Below are positions 9,465 to 18,222 of a stretch of DNA of 32,000 nucleotides, piece by piece; the first letter of the stretch is position 1; the number at the start of each line of letters is the position of its first letter. The position numbers and the translations under genes were made by a program. The notes beneath the pieces are model-generated. The model saw nothing but the letters and a program-made list of their open reading frames with translations, did no database searches and had not been told where the DNA came from. Location of the stretch: positions 90,001 through 122,000 of the forward strand of contig JAUQQN010000001.1 in the NCBI GenBank assembly GCA_030549845.1, written 5' to 3'. This DNA is from Patescibacteria group bacterium. Its GTDB lineage: Bacteria; Patescibacteriota; Minisyncoccia; UBA6257; HR35.

Positions 9465-10372
9465 AGTATTTCAAAATTATAGTAAATATTAATGGGTTTT
9501 CTGAATAAGATATCTAATTTTTCAACTTTTGCCAATGTTGGGCCTATTCTTATTTCTTTAATGAAATTTTGTAAATCTTTTTCTTTTCCTTGAACAATTA
9601 TTTCAACTGTTCCATCAGGTAAATTTTTTGCGTATCCTAACAAATTATATTTTTTTGACAATCTTGAAGCAAAAAATCTAAAACCTACCCCCTGCACTCT
9701 TCCATATACTTTGATATAGCTTTCTAAATAATCTTTGTTTATATCTTCAAAAGTTAAGGCTTCTTCTAATTTATATTTATTTATTTCTGTTCTTATCAAA
9801 TTTTCTAAATAGGCACCACAACCAAGTTTTTCTCCTAAATCATTCGCAAAAGATCTTACATAGAATCCAGAACTGACTTTTAATTTTAATTTTAATATCC
9901 CATTTATCTTATCAAAATCTAAACATTTTATTTCATAAACCTTCACACTTCTTTCAGGTATTTCTACATTAATGCCTCTTCTTATCAATTTATACAATGG
10001 AACTCCCTTAATTTTGATTGCAGAATAAAGAGGCGGCTTTTGCTTAATTTCTCCTTCAAAAAGCTTAAGAATATCTAAGATTTTTTCCAAAGAAGGAATA
10101 GGTTTTTCTATCTTTTGAATATTCCCTTCTTTATCAAAAGTATCAGAAATGTAACCTAATTTAATTTCTGAAATATAAGTTTTTATACTGTTTTTAAGAA
10201 AATCATTTAAATTTTTTGTATATCTTCCGATTCCAAGTATTAAAAGTCCGGAGGCTAATGGATCCAAAGTACCACCATGTCCTACTTTTTTATTAGTAAT
10301 TTTTTTGAAAAATTCCACTATTTGATTTGAAGTAAATCCTACAGGTTTATTAAATAAAACTATGCCCTCCAT
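9461..10372 (-). CDS. truB: tRNA pseudouridine(55) synthase TruB fused to a C-terminal acylphosphatase domain
   Basis: Start taken at MEGIVLFNKPVGFTSNQIV. Catalytic motif GHGGTLDPLASGLL. The last 85 aa carry both acylphosphatase signatures: VYGRVQGVGFR and GYAKNLPDGTVEIIVQG. Confidence 0.85.
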   Translation of the reverse strand: MEGIVLFNKPVGFTSNQIVEFFKKITNKKVGHGGTLDPLASGLLILGIGRYTKNLNDFLKNSIKTYISEIKLGYISDTFDKEGNIQKIEKPIPSLEKILDILKLFEGEIKQKPPLYSAIKIKGVPLYKLIRRGINVEIPERSVKVYEIKCLDFDKINGILKLKLKVSSGFYVRSFANDLGEKLGCGAYLENLIRTEINKYKLEEALTFEDINKDYLESYIKVYGRVQGVGFRFFASRLSKKYNLLGYAKNLPDGTVEIIVQGKEKDLQNFIKEIRIGPTLAKVEKLDILFRKPINIYYNFEIL

Positions 10373-10385
10373 GTTAAAAATTAAT

Positions 10386-10401
10386 TTTATAATATTATAA
10401 A
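10386..10401. promoter_or_regulatory. Perfect 16-nt palindrome TTTATAATATTATAAA giving back-to-back TATAAT boxes for the divergent truB and MFS genes
   Basis: Read directly. TATAAT on + at 10388-10393 lies 8 nt before the ATG at 10402. TATAAT on - lies at 10399-10394, with 21 nt between it and the truB ATG at 10372. Confidence 0.35.
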
Positions 10402-11607
10402 ATGGATAAGGTAAAATATTTGCTAATATTTGCTTTAGTATATTTTTTCTCTCCGAATGGATTATCATCTTTACCAAACTTAACTTTAAATTTTTTACTA
10501 AAAGAAACATTTAAACTTACTGCTACTCAACTTGCTTATTTTAGTGCTATCACTATATTAGGTTGGGCCTTAAAGCCACTATGGGGATTAATCTCAGACT
10601 TAATTCCTCTTTTTGGTAGTAAAAGAAAAAGTTATCTAATAATCACTAGTTTAATAGCTGCATTTTGTTGGTTTCTTTTATCTAGTACTTCAAACTATAG
10701 TGTTTGGATTCTCTTAGTAATTCTCACAATTTCTTCTTTTGCTTATGCCTTTCAAGATGTCGTAACTGATGCTTTAATGATCGAAATTGGCAAAAAAGAA
10801 AATAAATTAGCAGAATTTCAAGCAATTCAATGGTTAGGGGTATCTATAGCACAGATAATTACAGGATTTGCTGGTGGTTTAGCTGCAGAAAAATTAAGGG
10901 CTCAAACTACTTTTCTATTAGCAGCATTTTTCCCCTTAACTATTGCTATTTTGACATCTATTCTTTTAAGAAAAATAAAAGAAGAACCGATTCTAAGGTT
11001 TCAAGAATTTAAAGAAAATTTCAAATTAGGGGTTTGGAATAAAGAGTTTCTTTTGGTGAATTTATTCTTATTTCTTTGGAGATTTTCTCCTTCTTTTGGT
11101 GCTCCTATGTTTTATTATCAAGTTGATGTTTTAAAATTCTCAAAAGTCTTTCTTGGTTTTTTGTCATCCTTAGGTGCCATTGGTTCAGCTATTGGAACAA
11201 TTATTTTTAGCTTTATTTCAAAATATGTTCCAATGAAAAAACTATTATTTTGGTCAGTATTTTTAGGAGGAATATTAACTTTTTGGGGTTTAATTTATCT
11301 TACGCCCTTTATTAAAAATAATTTAACCTTAGCAAAAGTTTTGGCAATCGTTGATAGTATCCTCTTTGGAGTATTAGGAATAATTTTCTTTTTAACAATG
11401 CTAACTTTTGCTGCACAAAAAACAAATCCTAAGCTTGCTGGAAGTATATTTGCTTTTATTACTTCAGTTATGAATTTAGGACTTATGGGTTCAGAAGCTT
11501 TAGGTGGTTATTTGTTTTCAAAAGTTGGTTTATTTTGGCTTATAGTTATTTCAGGAATCACAAGTTTAGCAATTTTAATATTTATCCCATTCTTAAAGAT
11601 TGATTAA
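10402..11607 (+). CDS. MFS transporter, folate-biopterin transporter (BT1)-like
   Basis: 401 aa, about 12 TM helices. N-terminal motif ILGWALKPLWGLISDLIPLFGSKRKSYL resembles the BT1 family signature (PW..KPL.G..SD..P..G.RR.Y). Confidence 0.65.
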   Translation: MDKVKYLLIFALVYFFSPNGLSSLPNLTLNFLLKETFKLTATQLAYFSAITILGWALKPLWGLISDLIPLFGSKRKSYLIITSLIAAFCWFLLSSTSNYSVWILLVILTISSFAYAFQDVVTDALMIEIGKKENKLAEFQAIQWLGVSIAQIITGFAGGLAAEKLRAQTTFLLAAFFPLTIAILTSILLRKIKEEPILRFQEFKENFKLGVWNKEFLLVNLFLFLWRFSPSFGAPMFYYQVDVLKFSKVFLGFLSSLGAIGSAIGTIIFSFISKYVPMKKLLFWSVFLGGILTFWGLIYLTPFIKNNLTLAKVLAIVDSILFGVLGIIFFLTMLTFAAQKTNPKLAGSIFAFITSVMNLGLMGSEALGGYLFSKVGLFWLIVISGITSLAILIFIPFLKID

Positions 11608-11617
11608 AAATAAACAT

Positions 11618-12259
11618 TTAAGGTATAAGACAAAAATCTCGTCTATCTTTTTTGCATCCATATTTTTCGTTCAAAGAAGTATATCCATATTCAACCAAAT
11701 AAGATGTTCCATAAGCCCATGTATCACATACCCAGAATTTATTAGCTTGAGAAGAGTCTCTTGGCGGAGGATAATTTAAAAGACTATTCAAATTACCGTT
11801 AGGATCAAAAAATTCAACTCCACTTTCATATAAGCGTGGATTTTCAGACATAGATTCTTCTAAACGTGTATATAAAAGATATTTATTAAAAATAAATTTA
11901 TTATTAACAAGCGGACAGTCTACACCATTAGGTGAATTATCACAGCATTCAAAATAGCTATAATATGATCCTTTAGGAGGCTTTGGAAGATGTGATACAA
12001 TTCCAGCATCTTTTAAAATTGTTTCCAAAGCCTTCCAATTATCTTCTGCTGTAGAGGGGTCACCAGGTAACATAGGGCAAGTTCCAAATTTTATATAATA
12101 TTGCTCTAAGTAAAATTGTACATTTTTTAAATCCTGGACTCTTTTAATATCCCTTGCTTTTGCTGATATATAACCTACATTTCTTAAAAAAATGCCTGCT
12201 ATTATCCCTATCACTAAAATTATTATTCCTAATTCTATTAAGGTAAAACTTTTCCTCAT
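11618..12259 (-). CDS. Type IV pilin / pseudopilin-like protein with class III (prepilin) signal
   Basis: MRKSFTLIELGIIILVIGIIAGIFL is a prepilin peptidase motif followed by a hydrophobic helix. ARDIKRVQDLKNVQFYLEQYY is typical of the pilin alpha1-C region. Eight Cys in the globular domain. Confidence 0.75.
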   Translation of the reverse strand: MRKSFTLIELGIIILVIGIIAGIFLRNVGYISAKARDIKRVQDLKNVQFYLEQYYIKFGTCPMLPGDPSTAEDNWKALETILKDAGIVSHLPKPPKGSYYSYFECCDNSPNGVDCPLVNNKFIFNKYLLYTRLEESMSENPRLYESGVEFFDPNGNLNSLLNYPPPRDSSQANKFWVCDTWAYGTSYLVEYGYTSLNEKYGCKKDRRDFCLIP

Positions 12260-12295
12260 GTTTAAACATTATTATATTCAAATTTAAAATTTCAT

Positions 12296-13117
12296 TTAAG
12301 ACTTTTTAGTTATAAATTTAATTATTTTTTTAAAATTTGCTCCTTTTCTTACTATTTCTATTTTTTTGTCTTTTAACTTAATTAGAGTTGATGGCTTGTT
12401 TTTTGTTTTTCCTCGATCAAAATAAACTACGTGATTTCCAAAATATTTTTTAGCCTCGCTGATGGTTTTTGCAGGTTGATACCCTTCCCAATTTGCTGAA
12501 GGAGCTACTAGAGGACCAGAAATTTGTAAAATCTTCCTTAACCATGCCGGCTTTGGTAATCTAAAAGCTAGAGTTTTTGTGCCTCTATGTAGATATTCAA
12601 ATTGTTTAATTTTCTTTTTATCCCTAATATCTAAAATTATAGAAATTTCACCTGGCCATAACTTTTGCAAAATTCTTAACTCATTTTTATTAGGTTTAAC
12701 GCCGAAAATTTTTAAATCTTCGAAACTTGAAATTAAAATAATCATAGGTTTTAAGGGTGATCTTTTTCTCAATTTATAAATTTTCTCAACGACTTTTCTT
12801 TTTAAGGCACTACCACAAATTCCATAAATAGTATCGGTTGGCATAACTGCGATTACTCCTTCTTTTAGAAGTAAAGCAAGTTTTTTCCAGGAATTTTTAA
12901 AAGAACCCTTGTATCCACCAACAGTATAATCATTTCTAATAACTCTATGACAAGGAATTTCTGGATTTTTATTTTTAGCTAAAATATTAGCAACCGCTCT
13001 AAATGACTTAGGTCTTTTTATAATTTCAGCTATTTCTTTATATGTCCTGAATTCACCTTCTTTAATTTTTTTAACAGCTTCCGAAATTTTTTGTTTAAAA
13101 GATTTTTCAGTTTTCAT
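12296..13117 (-). CDS. Fusion protein: MGMT/Ogt-type alkyltransferase DNA-binding domain (active-site PCHRV) plus TsaC/YrdC/Sua5-type threonylcarbamoyl-AMP synthase domain
   Basis: N-terminal about 85 aa: FRTYKEIAEII...NPEIPCHRVIRNDYTVGGY. Remainder: VIAVMPTDTIYGICG, KLRKRSPLKPMIILISS, APSANWEG, PSTLIKL (YrdC-fold motifs). Confidence 0.8.
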   Translation of the reverse strand: MKTEKSFKQKISEAVKKIKEGEFRTYKEIAEIIKRPKSFRAVANILAKNKNPEIPCHRVIRNDYTVGGYKGSFKNSWKKLALLLKEGVIAVMPTDTIYGICGSALKRKVVEKIYKLRKRSPLKPMIILISSFEDLKIFGVKPNKNELRILQKLWPGEISIILDIRDKKKIKQFEYLHRGTKTLAFRLPKPAWLRKILQISGPLVAPSANWEGYQPAKTISEAKKYFGNHVVYFDRGKTKNKPSTLIKLKDKKIEIVRKGANFKKIIKFITKKS

Positions 13118-13147
13118 TTATTAATATTAAAGTATAAAATAAATAAA

Positions 13148-13180
13148 TTGACATAAATCAATTATAAAATTTTGTATAAT
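13148..13180 (+). promoter_or_regulatory. Candidate promoter: consensus TTGACA (13148-13153) and TATAAT (13175-13180)
   Basis: Both hexamers are perfect, but the spacer is 21 nt, which is non-optimal. The -10 box ends 6 nt before the ATG at 13187, implying a leaderless mRNA. Confidence 0.3.
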
Positions 13181-13186
13181 TTGGAA

Positions 13187-14026
13187 ATGGAAAAGATCAT
13201 TATTAAAAAAAATGGCGAAAGAGAAAAATTTAATGAAGAAAAATTTTGCAATAATTTAATAAATTTAGGATTAGATAAAGAAGCTGCTTCTAAAATTTGT
13301 AAAAAAATTTATGAAAAGATACCTAATGAAATTTCAAGTTTTCAGCTTTTTAAAATCACATTGAATGAACTAAAAAAAGAAAATATCGGGTTAGCATTAA
13401 AGTACAACCTAAGAGAAGCCATCTATAAATTAGGACCAACTGGTTTTCCTTTTGAAAAATATTTTGGGAAAATTTTAGCACATTATGGTTATGAAACTTT
13501 CGCAAACTTTTGGGTTGATGGAGCCTGTCTTAATTATGAGATAGATATTTTAGCGATGAAAGATAAAGAAAAGTTTATAATAGAATGTAAATATCACAGA
13601 GATAGAAATATAAAAACAGATCTTAAAACAGTGCTTTATGTTTTTGGAAGATGGGTAGACATAAATGAAAAATTTCCTGAGTTAAAACCTTGGCTTGTTA
13701 CAAATACAAAAATAACTTCAGAAGGAATTGAATTTGCTAATTGCAAAAAAATAAAAATTACTGCTTGGAAATTTCCAGAAAATGAATCTTTAGAAAAATT
13801 AATTGAAGCTAAAGCTTTATACCCTATTACAATTTTAATTAGAACTCCTTTTAATATAATTAGAAAATTAATAGAAAATAATTTTGTTTTGATACAAGAC
13901 TTTAATTTTTATAGCTTAGAAGATATTCACAAAAGAACAAATATAGATTTACAAGTTTTAAAAAAAATAAAATCTGAAATCGATGCTTTATTAGAGTTTA
14001 ATGAAAATTTAGTATCTTCGGGCTGA
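13187..14026 (+). CDS. ATP-cone domain protein fused to a PD-(D/E)xK (restriction endonuclease / Mrr_cat-like) domain with a C-terminal helical tail
   Basis: MEKIIIKKNGEREKFNEEKFCNNL is a typical ATP-cone start. YEIDILAMKDKEKFIIECKYH fits the D...E.K nuclease motif. The listed start at 13172 is a TTG; the ATG at 13187 is preferred. Confidence 0.65.
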   Translation: MEKIIIKKNGEREKFNEEKFCNNLINLGLDKEAASKICKKIYEKIPNEISSFQLFKITLNELKKENIGLALKYNLREAIYKLGPTGFPFEKYFGKILAHYGYETFANFWVDGACLNYEIDILAMKDKEKFIIECKYHRDRNIKTDLKTVLYVFGRWVDINEKFPELKPWLVTNTKITSEGIEFANCKKIKITAWKFPENESLEKLIEAKALYPITILIRTPFNIIRKLIENNFVLIQDFNFYSLEDIHKRTNIDLQVLKKIKSEIDALLEFNENLVSSG

Positions 14027-15280
14027 AATTTCTGCTTCTATTTGTCTTAATGTTTCCAAAGCTACTGAAACCACTATTAAAATAGATGTCCCACCAATTG
14101 CTGCAAATGGAAGTTTTGTTAAGCCTTCAATTATATAAGGAAGTACTGCTATAACTCCTAAAAATAATCCACCACCAAGATTTATTCTATTTACTATGTT
14201 GCTAAGATAATCTGCTGTTTCTTTTCCTGGTCTGATTCCTGGAATAAATGCTCCAGCTTTTTGTAAATTTAAAGATAATTCGTTTGGTTCAAATGTTATA
14301 GAGGTGTAAAAATAAGTAAAAGCAAAAACTAAAATAAAATATAAAATACCAAAGATTAGTCTATTTTGATAAAATTTATTGAAATCATTTGCTAGTGTTT
14401 TAAAAATATCTATTCCGGTAGCAGAAAGAATTTGAAAAAGTGTTGCAGGGAAAAGTAAAACAGATATTGCAAAAATTATAGGAATCACACCTGCTTGATT
14501 GATTTTTATAGGAAGATATGTACTTACTCCACCATATAATTTTGTTCCTCTTACTCTTTTTGCAAAATTAAGAGGTATCCTTCTTTCTCCCTCATTTATA
14601 AAAGTAATTCCTGCAACTACTATAATTGCTAAAACAACTAATAAAATATAAGCATCAATTTTATCAATAGAAAAATTAACAATAGCTTGCTGAACAACAA
14701 CAGGTCCTCCTGCTACTATACCAGAAAATATCAAAAGCGATATACCATTTGCCAATTTTTGCTCAGTTATCAATTCTCCTATCCACATCAGAAATATTGT
14801 ACCTGCAGTTACTATGATAATATCTCTTAATAAATCAAATTGAGAAGCAAAAAATAAAATTCCTTGAGTTTCTAAAAATTTCAAAAACCCAAAAGATTGA
14901 AGAAGAGTCAAAGGAACAGTTAAGATTCTTGCATATTGATTAAATTTTGCTCTACCAATTTCTCCTTCCTCATAATACATTTCTTTTAATCTTGGGTAAA
15001 TTAAAGTTAAGAGCTGAAGAATAATTATTGCTGTTATGTAAGGTCCTAAACCCAAAAGAGCTATTGAAAAATTAGATAAAGTATTGCCTGTAAAAATATT
15101 TATTAAGCCAAATAATTTATTGGTTTCAAAAAGAACCTTGAGTCTTTCTAAATCTACCCCTGGTAATGGAATATTAGCTACTATTCTGAAAATTATGAGC
15201 AAACCTAAAATTATCAAGATTCTCCTTCTTAGATCCTTAAATTTAAAAAGTGCGATTATTTTATCCAAAAAATCTTTCAT
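14009..15280 (-). CDS. secY: Preprotein translocase subunit SecY
   Basis: 423 aa, 10-TM pattern. FRIVANIPLPGVD, LGLGPYITAIIILQLL and GTSILIVVSVALET are SecY hallmarks. Located at the end of the ribosomal protein cluster. Confidence 0.95.
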   Translation of the reverse strand: MKDFLDKIIALFKFKDLRRRILIILGLLIIFRIVANIPLPGVDLERLKVLFETNKLFGLINIFTGNTLSNFSIALLGLGPYITAIIILQLLTLIYPRLKEMYYEEGEIGRAKFNQYARILTVPLTLLQSFGFLKFLETQGILFFASQFDLLRDIIIVTAGTIFLMWIGELITEQKLANGISLLIFSGIVAGGPVVVQQAIVNFSIDKIDAYILLVVLAIIVVAGITFINEGERRIPLNFAKRVRGTKLYGGVSTYLPIKINQAGVIPIIFAISVLLFPATLFQILSATGIDIFKTLANDFNKFYQNRLIFGILYFILVFAFTYFYTSITFEPNELSLNLQKAGAFIPGIRPGKETADYLSNIVNRINLGGGLFLGVIAVLPYIIEGLTKLPFAAIGGTSILIVVSVALETLRQIEAEISARRY

Positions 15281-15708
15281 TTTATTTCAGATCCTGAACT
15301 TAATATTTTTTCCTTTGCTTTATTGCTAAACATCAACTCTGAAGAGAAAATTAATTTTTTAGTTAATTCTCCATCCCCTAGGATTTTAACTTTTTTATTT
15401 TTATCAGATTTTCTAATTTTTATAACTTTTTTTTCGATTAAACTTTGTAAATTAACGATTTCTCCTTCATTAAACTTTTCATTTATTTTCCTAAGATTTA
15501 CTATATATTCTATTTTTGATCTAGATCTGAAACTTTTTCCTCTTAATTGTGGCAATCTCAAAATAAAATCTCTTAAAGCAGGCCTAATTCTTCTTCCTGC
15601 TCTTGCTTTTTGCCCTTTTATCCCTCTACCACTATAATTACCCCTTTTACCTCCTCTACCAATTCTTTTTGCTTTCTTTAATCTAAAGTTAATCTGATTT
15701 ATTAGCAT
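15277..15708 (-). CDS. rplO: 50S ribosomal protein L15
   Basis: KRIGRGGKRGNYSGRGIKGQKARAG motif; position between rpsE and secY. Confidence 0.9.
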   Translation of the reverse strand: MLINQINFRLKKAKRIGRGGKRGNYSGRGIKGQKARAGRRIRPALRDFILRLPQLRGKSFRSRSKIEYIVNLRKINEKFNEGEIVNLQSLIEKKVIKIRKSDKNKKVKILGDGELTKKLIFSSELMFSNKAKEKILSSGSEIK

Positions 15709-16177
15709 TTTCTTTTGGTGTTATATTAATTCCATATTTTGATAATTTTTCTAAGGCTTTTATTGCACTTAATGCATTTGTTAATGGATTCTTTGTTACT
15801 CCTAAAATTTTAGCACTTGCATTTTCAACTCCGGCGAGTTCTAAAACAATTCTTACCGTCCCACCAGCAATTAATCCTCTACCAGCTTTTGCTGGTTTGA
15901 TTAAAACTTTTGCAGCACTAATTTTGCCAGTTACTTCATACGGAATTGTTCCATTTATTATAGGAATTTCAATAGAATTTTTAATTGCTGAATTTAATGC
16001 TTTATTCACTGCTTCTGAGACATCAAGGCCTTTTTCTATACCAATCCCAACCTTGCCCTTTTTATTACCTGCTATAACTACTGCCCTTATTTTAAATCTT
16101 TTTCCCCCTCTTGTAACTCTTGTAACTCTTTTTACTTCTACTACTTTATATTCCCATCCTGTTTTTCTATCAAGCAT
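15689..16177 (-). CDS. rpsE: 30S ribosomal protein S5
   Basis: VKRVTRVTRGGKRFKIRAVVIAGNKKGKVGIGIEKG motif; synteny. Confidence 0.95.
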   Translation of the reverse strand: MLDRKTGWEYKVVEVKRVTRVTRGGKRFKIRAVVIAGNKKGKVGIGIEKGLDVSEAVNKALNSAIKNSIEIPIINGTIPYEVTGKISAAKVLIKPAKAGRGLIAGGTVRIVLELAGVENASAKILGVTKNPLTNALSAIKALEKLSKYGINITPKENANKSD

Positions 16178-16178
16178 T

Positions 16179-16535
16179 TTAAAATTCCAAACCCTTACTT
16201 CTTGCTGATTCTGCTAAAGTTTTAACTCGACCTGTATATTTAAAACCACCTCTATCAAAAACTACTTTTTTAATTCCTTTTTCTAAGGCTCTTTCTGCAA
16301 TTAATTCTCCTACTTTTCTTGCTTTTTCTATCCCGGACAATTTTTCATTTCTAAATTCTAACGAAGAAGCGCTTACTAAAGTGTGTCCAATTTCATCATT
16401 TATTATTTGGGCATATACATGTTGATTAGAAACATAAACAGAAAGCCTCGGTCTTGTGTCAGTACCCTTTATTTTTGCTCGTATTCTTTTATGTCTTATA
16501 ATTCTTTTTTCTTTTTTGCCTAACCTTGATTTCAT
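16179..16535 (-). CDS. rplR: 50S ribosomal protein L18
   Basis: [34 protein letters not shown] motif; synteny. Confidence 0.95.
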   Translation of the reverse strand: MKSRLGKKEKRIIRHKRIRAKIKGTDTRPRLSVYVSNQHVYAQIINDEIGHTLVSASSLEFRNEKLSGIEKARKVGELIAERALEKGIKKVVFDRGGFKYTGRVKTLAESARSKGLEF

Positions 16536-17089
16536 TATTTACCTAATGATTTTTTAATTGGTTTTGGCCTTACTACTTCATCTTCGTACCTAAATCCTTT
16601 TAATTTATAAGCATCTCTTGGCTTTAAAGCTCTTATTAAGCTTGCAAATCTACCTACCTTTTCTTTATCATTTCCTATAACAGAAATAATAAAACCTTCT
16701 TTTGATTTTTCTATATTAATTTCAATTCCTTCAGGAATTTCCATTTTGACAGGATGACTATATCCCAATTTAAAAATTAACTCTTTCTCACCAATTTTTT
16801 CTACTGTATATCCTAATCCTTGAAGAATTAAATTTATCTTAAAGCCTTCTTTAACTCCTATTATTTTGTTGTTTAAAATTGCTCTTATTGTACCCCATAA
16901 AGCTTTTGTTTTATTATTCAAAACCTTAGGAACAATTTTTAAACTACTATTTTCTTTTATAATTTCAAAATTTTCATCCACTTTAAACTCATTTTCACCT
17001 CTTGGGCCTTTTATTTTCACCAAATTATTTTCTATATTTATTTCCACTCCTTCTGGGATTATAATTGGTTTTTTGCCAATTTTTGACAT
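16535..17089 (-). CDS. rplF: 50S ribosomal protein L6
   Basis: [31 protein letters not shown] motif; synteny. Confidence 0.95.
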   Translation of the reverse strand: MSKIGKKPIIIPEGVEINIENNLVKIKGPRGENEFKVDENFEIIKENSSLKIVPKVLNNKTKALWGTIRAILNNKIIGVKEGFKINLILQGLGYTVEKIGEKELIFKLGYSHPVKMEIPEGIEINIEKSKEGFIISVIGNDKEKVGRFASLIRALKPRDAYKLKGFRYEDEVVRPKPIKKSLGK

Positions 17090-17485
17090 TTATATTACTT
17101 CACAAATTACTTCGCCTCCTAGTTTTTTTCTTTTTGCTTCTGAATCTAGCATAATTCCCCTTGAAGTAGAAATTACTCTAAAACCAAATCCTTGTCTGAC
17201 GGGTTTTAATTCTTTATAACCAACATATACTCTTCTTCCTGGTTTTGAAATCCTTTTTATATCTTCATAAGGTGGTTGATTGTTTATATAATTCAATGTA
17301 ATTATCAAAAACTTTTTGACTCCTTCTTCTTTTATTTTTATACTATTTACTATCCCTTTTTCTTTAAAAATCTTTAATATCGCCAATTTAACATTAGAAT
17401 ATGGAACAATTATTTTCTCCTTTCTGACCATCCAGGCATTTTTAATTCTTGCTAATAAATCTGCTATTGGATCTGTCATAACCAT
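17090..17485 (-). CDS. rpsH: 30S ribosomal protein S8
   Basis: TDPIADLLARIKNAWMVRKEKIIVPYS motif; synteny. Confidence 0.95.
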   Translation of the reverse strand: MVMTDPIADLLARIKNAWMVRKEKIIVPYSNVKLAILKIFKEKGIVNSIKIKEEGVKKFLIITLNYINNQPPYEDIKRISKPGRRVYVGYKELKPVRQGFGFRVISTSRGIMLDSEAKRKKLGGEVICEVI

Positions 17486-17486
17486 T

Positions 17487-17672
17487 TTACCATGAAGCTT
17501 TTTTAATTCCGGGTAATTCTCCTTTGTGGGCTAATTCTCTAAAGCAAATTCTACACAATCCAAAATCCCTCATATAACCTCTTGCTCTTCCACATTTAAA
17601 GCAGATATTTACTTTCCTCGTTTTATATTTGGGTTGTTTTTTCCACCTTTCTATTTGGCCTTTGCTTGGCAT
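17487..17672 (-). CDS. rpsZ: 30S ribosomal protein S14, zinc-binding type Z (61 aa)
   Basis: Start taken at [12 protein letters not shown]. The listed upstream Met would overlap rplE. Contains [20 protein letters not shown] (a Cys4 motif) and ends in W. Confidence 0.9.
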   Translation of the reverse strand: MPSKGQIERWKKQPKYKTRKVNICFKCGRARGYMRDFGLCRICFRELAHKGELPGIKKASW

Positions 17673-17674
17673 TA

Positions 17675-18220
17675 TTACAATTTCATCGGAAAACCTAATT
17701 TGGACCACAATCTTAAGTTTTCTTCTTTTTTCTTTGAAGACCCTATTAAAGTTATTTGTATTCCAAAATTATATCTTATTTTATCAGAAAATGCTTCAGG
17801 GAAAATATTAACATCTCTAAATCCAAGGTTTAAATTTCCTTTATTATCCACTAATTTATTAGTAATTCCCTTAAATTCTTTTGACCTTGGCAAGGCATAA
17901 GTTAAAAGCCTTTCAATAAAATCTAGTAATTTTTTACCTCTTAATGTTACCAAAACAGCAACTGGAGTTCCTTTTTTGAGTTTAAATCCTGCAACTGATT
18001 TTCTTGCAGAAACAACTTTAGGTTTTTGCCCTGTTACCATACTCAAAACATATAAAGCATCTTCGATTATCTTATCCTTATTTTCTGGATTGGATGTAAC
18101 TAATTTGCCTATTCCTATATTTACAATACCTCTTATTGGCCTTGGAACTGCAAGAATATTATCTTTCTTAAGTTCTTCTTTTAACTCAAGTAATATTTTG
18201 TTAAAATTTTCTCTTAACAT
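17675..18220 (-). CDS. rplE: 50S ribosomal protein L5
   Basis: [32 protein letters not shown] motif; synteny. Confidence 0.95.
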   Translation of the reverse strand: MLRENFNKILLELKEELKKDNILAVPRPIRGIVNIGIGKLVTSNPENKDKIIEDALYVLSMVTGQKPKVVSARKSVAGFKLKKGTPVAVLVTLRGKKLLDFIERLLTYALPRSKEFKGITNKLVDNKGNLNLGFRDVNIFPEAFSDKIRYNFGIQITLIGSSKKKEENLRLWSKLGFPMKL

Positions 18221-18222
18221 TT

